In this document: piece after piece, positions 53,078 to 59,599 of the stretch
How the letters are laid out: every line of letters begins with the position of its first letter
How positions within the stretch are numbered: position 1 is the stretch's first letter
NCBI GenBank assembly: GCA_015662815.1
Contig: DQTK01000016.1
Span: 1-59,599, forward strand
Source: Aquifex aeolicus
GTDB lineage: Bacteria; Aquificota; Aquificia; Aquificales; Aquificaceae
Direction of reading: 5' to 3'
Length of the DNA: 59,599 nt
Notes under the pieces: generated by a model
Seen by the model: the letters and a program-made list of their open reading frames with translations, nothing else
Databases searched by the model: none
Told to the model about the DNA's origin: nothing
Translations under genes and position numbers: made by a program

Positions 53078-54360
53078 TTCTCGGGTATCATAATAACCTC
53101 GGAGTAGTTGTTTTCTTTAATGAATTTCTCAAAAATCTTCAATATATCTACTCTTCTTACCCTTTTTAGGTTTTTATCGAAGAATCTGTAAAAGTCCAAA
53201 TCTCTCACCACGGTATAAGCATAACCTATATCAAAAGCATCGCTTTCTACTTTTTCTTCCTCGAATACCCTTGAGTTTATAATTCTGCTCTTTGCTTTCT
53301 CAACTTCCTCATCCGTAATCTTTTCGTATGTGGTTCTGAGTAGTTCAAACACCTTATTTTTCACTTCCTCATACCTAGAAGGTTCAAAACTCGCGCTGAT
53401 TACAAATAAGTTATCCCTTGGTCTTCCAAGGTCTCCGCACCAGTAAGAGTAAACCAATCCTTTTTCCCTAAGTTCTCTGTAAAACAGAGATATTCTTCCT
53501 CCGCACAGTATCTCACTGAGAACTACTAGGCCTTTATACTCATTTTTTCCTATAGAGGGTACTTTCCAACCTATTATCCAGTAAGCCTTCTGTATTCTGG
53601 AGTCTGTTAACTTTTTAAACCTTACTCCTATCTGCTCCGGTTCTGAAGGGATTTGAACTTTGGGCAGAGGTTTTGACACCTCTTTACCAAAGGTTTTTAA
53701 GACTTCTTTTTCCACTTCCTTTGGGTCTACTTTTCCCACTACTACAACTGCCATATTTCTAGGTTGATAGAAGGATTTATAGAATTTAACCAGTTTTTCC
53801 CTTGTAAAGCTCCTTATTGTTTCTTCAAAACCTATAATAGGGAACCTATAAGGGGAAACCTTATAAACCAGTTTTTCAAATTCTTCCCATAAAACTGTGG
53901 TTGGATTATCTTTACCTCTCCTTAGCTCCTCTATAACTATTTCTTTTTCCTTCTCTATCATTTCCTCATCGAGCGTAGCCTTCATGGTAAGTTGGTAAAG
54001 GACTTCCATTGCTTCCTTCCAGTAGGGATAGGCTATTTCCACATGGTAGTAGGTATAGTCCTTTGAAGTACCTGCGTTTATATTTCCTCCTAGGCTTTCT
54101 ATAATTTTGTCAATTTCCCCGTATTTATACTTTTCTGTTCCGTTAAAAAGCATGTGTTCCAGAAAATGAGCCATTCCTTTTTCATCGTATTTCTCATAGA
54201 TTGAACCTACTCTAAACCACACGTGTATGGCAACGGCTTCTGTATCTTTTCTCGGTTTTACTATTAACTTTACACCGTTAGGTAGATTTCTTATGTACAG
54301 TTCTTGGGCAGTTAGGAGCTGTACCATGAAGATAACCCCCAAAATTAGAATCCTAAGCAT
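53074..54360 (-). CDS. M16 family zinc peptidase
   Basis: GMAHFLEHM (HxxEH), NAGTS and E...V.EE motifs; signal peptide. Confidence 0.93.
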   Translation of the reverse strand: MLRILILGVIFMVQLLTAQELYIRNLPNGVKLIVKPRKDTEAVAIHVWFRVGSIYEKYDEKGMAHFLEHMLFNGTEKYKYGEIDKIIESLGGNINAGTSKDYTYYHVEIAYPYWKEAMEVLYQLTMKATLDEEMIEKEKEIVIEELRRGKDNPTTVLWEEFEKLVYKVSPYRFPIIGFEETIRSFTREKLVKFYKSFYQPRNMAVVVVGKVDPKEVEKEVLKTFGKEVSKPLPKVQIPSEPEQIGVRFKKLTDSRIQKAYWIIGWKVPSIGKNEYKGLVVLSEILCGGRISLFYRELREKGLVYSYWCGDLGRPRDNLFVISASFEPSRYEEVKNKVFELLRTTYEKITDEEVEKAKSRIINSRVFEEEKVESDAFDIGYAYTVVRDLDFYRFFDKNLKRVRRVDILKIFEKFIKENNYSEVIMIPEK

Positions 54361-54577
54361 TTCTCCACCTTTTTAGAATTTGGTCCCTATACCAATATGC
54401 AATGTTTAATCCCAGAAAGAATAAAGTCAATATTAAAGATAAGGGTAGGGCTATGGGCTTTGCTATTCTAAGGAATGTATCGTAAAAGAATAGGAATAAT
54501 AAATAGTATCCGTAGATAAGCAGTAGATTAGAAAAGTAATGCCAAAATTTCCCGAGAACTTTTCCTAAAAATCCCAT
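54353..54577 (-). CDS. Small two-TM membrane protein
   Basis: Two hydrophobic segments; coupled to the M16 peptidase gene. Confidence 0.7.
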   Translation of the reverse strand: MGFLGKVLGKFWHYFSNLLLIYGYYLLFLFFYDTFLRIAKPIALPLSLILTLFFLGLNIAYWYRDQILKRWRNA

Positions 54578-54603
54578 AGTTATCTATACTACAACGGAAA
54601 ACC

Positions 54604-54612
54604 TGTTATAAT
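54604..54612 (+). promoter_or_regulatory. Extended -10 promoter for rplY-pth
   Basis: TGTTATAAT followed by a GGAGG SD. Confidence 0.55.
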
Positions 54613-54642
54613 AATGTTTCTTGATTAACGGAGGATTGAAGA

Positions 54643-55242
54643 ATGAGGAGAGTGAAAGTAAAGCTTCTTCCCAGAAAACCGGGTAGAAAGAGTGAACTAA
54701 AGAGGAAAAGAAGGGAAGGTTGGCTTCCTGTAGAAATATACGGAAAAGGTGTTGAAAACAAACACGCTTGGATTAGCGTCAAAGATTTTGCTGCACTTCC
54801 TCACGGAGAGGCTTTTTTAATCGAAGGGGAATTAGAGGGTAAAACCAAAGTTTACCTACTGAAGGATATACAATTTGGTTGGTTGGGTAATAACCCTATA
54901 CACATAGACTTCTACGACCTTTCCAACGTTAAGGAGATCGAAGTTGAAGTACCAATAGAGTTTGTCGGAACTCCAGAAGGTGTTCAAGCCGGAGGAACTT
55001 TCGAACCTGTAATACACACCTTTACTATAAAAGCTTCACCAACAAATATTCCCGAAAAAATCGTTGTAGACGTTAGCAAACTCGGTCTAGGTGAGGCTTT
55101 ACACGTTAGGGATATCCAACCTCCTGAAGGATGTGTAATACTAGATAATCCGGAAGAAACAGTTGCGGTAGTTTATGAACCTGAAGAAGCATCCGTAGAA
55201 GAGGAAGCCGGAGCTGAAGGTACCGAAGAGCAACAGTCCTAA
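54643..55242 (+). CDS. rplY: 50S ribosomal protein L25/Ctc
   Basis: R.EG..P..IYG, HIDF, VP...G...GV..GG motifs and an acidic tail; sits before pth. Confidence 0.93.
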   Translation: MRRVKVKLLPRKPGRKSELKRKRREGWLPVEIYGKGVENKHAWISVKDFAALPHGEAFLIEGELEGKTKVYLLKDIQFGWLGNNPIHIDFYDLSNVKEIEVEVPIEFVGTPEGVQAGGTFEPVIHTFTIKASPTNIPEKIVVDVSKLGLGEALHVRDIQPPEGCVILDNPEETVAVVYEPEEASVEEEAGAEGTEEQQS

Positions 55243-55245
55243 TTA

Positions 55246-55824
55246 ATGGATATACGCTTGCTGGTAGGTCTAGGTAATCCGGGAAGGGAATACGAAAAGA
55301 CGCGGCACAACGTGGGGTTTATGGTAATAGATGGGCTAATAAAGAACTTGAGGGCAAAAAAACCTTCCGAGGATGCTCTCTCCCTCGTTTATAAAACTCG
55401 TATCGGAGGAAAGGAGGTATTCCTTGCAAAACCACTCACTTATATGAATAACTCAGGTGCAGCCGTTTATAATCTCCTTGAAGAATACGGCCTTTCTCCT
55501 GAACAGATGATAGTTATTTACGACGACTTAGACCTTCCCCTCGGAACTATGAGATTGAGACTTAAGGGAAGTTCGGGAGGGCACAAAGGTGTGGAATCAA
55601 TAATAAAGTATATAGGTACCCAAAATTTCCCGAGGCTAAGGATAGGTATAGGAAGGCCTAAGAAAAAGGAAGATGTTGTAAAATATGTTCTTTCCCCTTT
55701 CCCTCAAGAAGAGGAAAAGGTTATAAATCAGGTAATAAAAAAAGCTGTGAGATGTTTGACAAGAGCTATTGAAATTTCTCCTCAGTACGCTATGGAATAC
55801 TGTAATAGACAGGAATTATTTTAA
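55246..55824 (+). CDS. pth: Peptidyl-tRNA hydrolase
   Basis: GLGNPG, TRHNVGF, YMN.SG, DDLD and GGHKG motifs. Confidence 0.97.
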   Translation: MDIRLLVGLGNPGREYEKTRHNVGFMVIDGLIKNLRAKKPSEDALSLVYKTRIGGKEVFLAKPLTYMNNSGAAVYNLLEEYGLSPEQMIVIYDDLDLPLGTMRLRLKGSSGGHKGVESIIKYIGTQNFPRLRIGIGRPKKKEDVVKYVLSPFPQEEEKVINQVIKKAVRCLTRAIEISPQYAMEYCNRQELF

Positions 55825-56498
55825 ATAATTTCAACTTCTTTAACTCCCTTTAATCTTAGTAATTCCTCCAGTTTTTCGGGAATGTCTCCGTAATCTTGAA
55901 CTACAAGGATTACTTCAAGCAAGTTCTCTTTTTTAACTGCTTTTAAAATCTTACCACTTTCGAGCAAATTGTTTACTTTGTATAAGACTTCCGGTGATGT
56001 TGATATTGTAAGTTTTAAATGAACAACTCCTTTACTCTTTAAAAGCTCACGCTCTATTTTGCTCACAAATGTGAGAAACAAAAGCATTACAAAGGTTGTA
56101 AACACCGCAAGGGTATACATTCCTGTTCCCACCGCTATTCCTAATCCTGCCGTGCTCCATAGGCTTGCAGCTGTGGTTAAACCTTTTACCGTAACTCCGA
56201 ATCTAAGTATAGCCCCTGCACCTAAAAAACCTATCCCGCTAACTATTTGAGCCGTAATCCGTGAAGGGTCGGCCATAAATCCACCGTAGGTGTAGCTTGT
56301 ATATATAGAAACAAGGGTAATTAATGAAGCCCCCATAGATAGAACAGCATGGGTTCTCAAACCCGCCGGTTGCTTTCTCCTTTCTCTTTCAAGACCTATA
56401 ACCGCACCGAGTAATGCTGCAAGAGCTATTCGAAGAAAGACCTCCCATAAAGGGAATGGGTAGCGTTCGGGAAAAAGTGTTAGGAAGAAATCGTGCAT
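55821..56498 (-). CDS. MgtC/SapB family membrane protein
   Basis: IGLERE, AGLRT, QIVSGIGFLGAG and GLTTAA motifs. Confidence 0.93.
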   Translation of the reverse strand: MHDFFLTLFPERYPFPLWEVFLRIALAALLGAVIGLERERRKQPAGLRTHAVLSMGASLITLVSIYTSYTYGGFMADPSRITAQIVSGIGFLGAGAILRFGVTVKGLTTAASLWSTAGLGIAVGTGMYTLAVFTTFVMLLFLTFVSKIERELLKSKGVVHLKLTISTSPEVLYKVNNLLESGKILKAVKKENLLEVILVVQDYGDIPEKLEELLRLKGVKEVEII

Positions 56499-57322
56499 CT
56501 CTTTGAGTAATACAAAGTTTCAAGAAGGTAAACGAGTGTATCTTTCATATCTTTCCTTGAAACCACCATATCTATTTGTCCTTTTTCTAAAAGAAATTCC
56601 GCCGTTTGAAAACCTTCGGGTAGTTTTTGTTTTATGGTCTGCTCTATAACTCTAGGTCCCGCGAAACCTATTAAGGCTTTAGGTTCTGCAATAATTATAT
56701 CCCCCAGAAAGGCAAAACTCGCCGATACACCTCCCATCGTAGGATTAGTGAGAACGCTTATGTACAGTATATTGTTTTTCTTCAAAAGACCTATACCGAA
56801 TGTTGTTTTAGCCATCTGCATCAAAGACAGGATACCTTCCTGCATCCTTGCTCCGCCGGAGGCTGAAAAAGCTATTAAAGGTGTCTTAGTCTCTATAGCT
56901 CTTTCACAAGCTCTGAAGAATCTTTCTCCTACAACAGAACCCATACTTCCGCCTATGAAGTTAAAATCCATCACGGCTAAAATGGCTTTTTTCCCTTTTA
57001 TATGCCCCTCGGCTATTACTATGGCTTCACTTAAGCCCGTTTCCTCTTGGGCTTTTTTTAGTCTATCTTTGTAGCTTTTTGTATCCTTGAAGTTAATGGG
57101 GTCAGTGGGTAGTATTTCCTCAAAAAGTATTTCCGGATTTTCTTCGTCTAAAGTGTACTTTATCCTCTCTCTGGCGGAAAGGGTAAAGTGATAACCACAA
57201 TTGGGACATACTTTCAAGTTCTTCTCAAGGTCGGGAGCATAAAGGAGGCTCTTACAGTTTGAACACTTAGTCCAAAGAGTCTCCTCTTTCCTTTTTTTAA
57301 AGAATTTATCGAGAAACCTCAT
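56480..57322 (-). CDS. accD: Acetyl-CoA carboxylase carboxyltransferase beta subunit
   Basis: CSNC/CPNC Zn finger, GGSMG, SGGARMQE and GFAGPRVI motifs. Confidence 0.96.
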   Translation of the reverse strand: MRFLDKFFKKRKEETLWTKCSNCKSLLYAPDLEKNLKVCPNCGYHFTLSARERIKYTLDEENPEILFEEILPTDPINFKDTKSYKDRLKKAQEETGLSEAIVIAEGHIKGKKAILAVMDFNFIGGSMGSVVGERFFRACERAIETKTPLIAFSASGGARMQEGILSLMQMAKTTFGIGLLKKNNILYISVLTNPTMGGVSASFAFLGDIIIAEPKALIGFAGPRVIEQTIKQKLPEGFQTAEFLLEKGQIDMVVSRKDMKDTLVYLLETLYYSKRCTISS

Positions 57323-58011
57323 TGGGCCTGTTCTTGTTCTCTTTTGAGTTTTTCGTAAACAGCCATCACATATCCGAGGAACGCATTCTCAGGTTGTGCT
57401 CCAACGAATTCCGCAGCACCTTTGTTTATAACTATTTTTGGAACTCCTACCACTTGAAATTGTTCGGCTAAATCTGGGTTTTCCGAAGCGTCTATAACCT
57501 TTGCGGTAATATTGTCATTTACCAGAGCGAAATCCCACGCCATTATCGCAGCAGCGGGACAGTATCCGCAGGTTGTTGTTACAAAAACCCATATATCTAT
57601 AGGGATATCTACACTTCGGAGGAGTTCTACGGTTTTTTCGGATAGCTGAGGGTTCCTTTGAGATACGTGGAATATACCGTTTATAAGTGTTGTGAATTCA
57701 AGTCCCGCCGGAAGGCCTATATACCTCATTCCGTAATCTTTTTCCCCTTCAATAACGATTGTCGGAACCCTATCAATACCGTATCTTTCCGTAATTTCTT
57801 TATCGGTAAAGGGAGATAATATCTCGAGTTTAATTTTATCCTGACCTACGGCATCCCCGATAACTTCAACGGTTTCTTTTAGAAGCTCCTCAGCAGTTTG
57901 GCAAGATTCACACCCGATAGCTTGGGAGAACAGTTTTATGTTTACCGGCTCTTTGAACTCTTTTTGAGCAAGCTCTTTCAATTGAGTCCTTACTTCAAGG
58001 TTCAGTAGCAT
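57319..58011 (-). CDS. Protein disulfide oxidoreductase (two thioredoxin units, thermophile PDO)
   Basis: CESC and CGYC motifs, G.PAG.EF, VPKI. Confidence 0.9.
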   Translation of the reverse strand: MLLNLEVRTQLKELAQKEFKEPVNIKLFSQAIGCESCQTAEELLKETVEVIGDAVGQDKIKLEILSPFTDKEITERYGIDRVPTIVIEGEKDYGMRYIGLPAGLEFTTLINGIFHVSQRNPQLSEKTVELLRSVDIPIDIWVFVTTTCGYCPAAAIMAWDFALVNDNITAKVIDASENPDLAEQFQVVGVPKIVINKGAAEFVGAQPENAFLGYVMAVYEKLKREQEQAQ

Positions 58012-58056
58012 TTGCTAACCTCCTTATCTATAAAGCTTAAGTAATATCTTAATTAA

Positions 58057-58734
58057 TTGATGGCAGAAATAACAGAGTTTAAAGAAAGCTCCTATGTGAG
58101 AAGTTTTAAGAAGTTGAGAATTGCAAATTTATTTGAAAGGAATGCCAACTTTAGGAAATTGAGGAGAAAGAACACCTTCTGGAAGGAAATAAGTGAAGCA
58201 ATGGCAGTTAGGGAAAGAATTAAGGATTATCTTATCAAAGACCCATCATACATAGTTATAGATGCGTGTTCAGGTAAAGGATTTTTGAGCACGATTGTGG
58301 GATTGATGCACCCTAAAACGAAGATTCTTGCCGTAGATAGGGATGAGGAAGCGGACCGTGAACACTTTAAATCTTTAAAAAACGTAGAGTTTGTGAATAT
58401 GGATATAATGAGTGATGATTTCTCTAAGCTTGTAAAGGAATCGGGTCAGCGGGTAATCCTTACGGGTATACATTTATGCAGAGAGCTTTCGGAAAGGTTT
58501 ATAGAAGTGGTTAACAGTTGTGAGAACGTGAAAACTGCCGTTCTCATTCCATGTTGTGAAGGAAACTTTCCGAGGGAAAAATATCAATTTCTTATAGATG
58601 AACTTGGAGTTTATGAGGCGTGGTGTTATTACTTGAAAGAAAAATTTGATGAAAACCTTAAGGTAAAGATGAAAAGGGATAAGAAAATCCTTTCCCCTAA
58701 GAATATAGTTTTAGCCGCAGAGAGAAATGGCTAA
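58057..58734 (+). CDS. Class I SAM-dependent methyltransferase (Methyltransf_32/Trm13-like)
   Basis: IDACSGKG, H.C..LS, IPCC and SPKN motifs. Confidence 0.7.
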   Translation: MMAEITEFKESSYVRSFKKLRIANLFERNANFRKLRRKNTFWKEISEAMAVRERIKDYLIKDPSYIVIDACSGKGFLSTIVGLMHPKTKILAVDRDEEADREHFKSLKNVEFVNMDIMSDDFSKLVKESGQRVILTGIHLCRELSERFIEVVNSCENVKTAVLIPCCEGNFPREKYQFLIDELGVYEAWCYYLKEKFDENLKVKMKRDKKILSPKNIVLAAERNG

Positions 58735-59531
58735 TCTATCTTTAATTTCTCCAGTAGTCTTAAATTCTTTAAAGCTCTTTCTCTACTTCCTTCTCTTCTA
58801 ATACCTTCAACAAAGTCTTGAACCATTTCCCTCAGTTTATCACCGTAGATTCTTTCCCTTTTAAAATCTCCATAAGTAATTTCTTCCTTTTGAAAATCCA
58901 TAACTATATCTTCTTTATCTGTTTTTACAGTCCACCTTCTCACCTGCTCATCAGGGTAATTCCAAGCTACCCTTAAAGTGAAAGGTATTTCTCCCTTTAC
59001 CCTTCCTTTCACTTCCCAAATCAATTTATTCTTTGAAACTTTCTCGAGTTTTATATCACCGAAGAGGTATTGGAGTATGTAAAAATCATGCCAAGCTAAA
59101 TCCCATAATGGATTTATATATCCGCTACCTTTGTTAAGGCGTTCTATCAGTATCTCTTTCGGATTTATTTGAGAAGGAAAACTTTTTACAACTTCCGAGT
59201 AAAGTTCTATCTCCGATATTTCAAGAAGAGGATTATTAGCTATTTTTAAAAATTCTTCGCTTGATAGTGCCGGGGGTTTTTCCAGTAAAACCGGTATACC
59301 TCTATTTAGAAGCTCCTTTGCTACTTTTATATGATTTTCGGGATTTACAGTCACTATCGCATAGCTTATCTCCTCTTTAACATCGCCAATATTACAGTAA
59401 AAAGGACAATCTTTACAAAGTTCAGATTTTTGCAGGTCTGTATCACATACAATGGGTTTTAGATTGAGCTCTCGTAATTTCCTCAGATACTTTGAGCCCA
59501 TATTTCCCAAACCTACCAGTAAAATGTGCAT
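58731..59531 (-). CDS. Gfo/Idh/MocA-family oxidoreductase
   Basis: VGLGNMG, H...A, LLEKP and DLAWHD motifs. Confidence 0.88.
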   Translation of the reverse strand: MHILLVGLGNMGSKYLRKLRELNLKPIVCDTDLQKSELCKDCPFYCNIGDVKEEISYAIVTVNPENHIKVAKELLNRGIPVLLEKPPALSSEEFLKIANNPLLEISEIELYSEVVKSFPSQINPKEILIERLNKGSGYINPLWDLAWHDFYILQYLFGDIKLEKVSKNKLIWEVKGRVKGEIPFTLRVAWNYPDEQVRRWTVKTDKEDIVMDFQKEEITYGDFKRERIYGDKLREMVQDFVEGIRREGSRERALKNLRLLEKLKID

Positions 59532-59599
59532 AGGAATATTTTAAATCTGCCTTTTCCAATATCTTGCAGCTGTTTTTCTAATATAAAATAAAACCTAAT

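Overview
Gene-dense, AT-rich chromosomal window from a hyperthermophilic member of the Aquificaceae. Several proteins closely resemble Aquifex aeolicus proteins as I recall them (YbeY, HDLP/AcuC, PDO, Era), and PspA resembles the Hydrogenobacter enzyme. It holds about 72 CDS, mostly housekeeping genes in shuffled, functionally mixed operons: lipA, ybeY, phoH, bpsA, gyrB, leuA, gmk-rpoZ, hisF, split ATP synthase genes, rpmH-yidD-yidC, bioA, rsgA, lysS, ubiD-like, secF, pilD, fliH-fliI, era, htpX, lpxI, rng, bamD, rplY-pth and accD. I saw no rRNA, tRNA, IS element, prophage or CRISPR array. rpmH was missed by the ORF track. The most notable points are: (1) an orphan cas6 in the atpB-usp-atpE-rpmH-yidD-yidC run, which also lacks rnpA; (2) a tandem duplicated OB-fold in LysRS; (3) repeated -10-like hexamers 6-9 nt before SD-less start codons, suggesting leaderless mRNAs, including a 21-bp bidirectional lysS/ubiD promoter; (4) four gene remnants in the larger intergenic gaps, including a lipoprotein and an OmpA-like protein; (5) a TPR-ExbB-ExbD-ElyC module without TonB; (6) a stand-alone Cys-Cys-COOH microprotein; (7) an RNase HI with an unexplained N-terminal domain. 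All family calls come from motif recognition; no searches were run.
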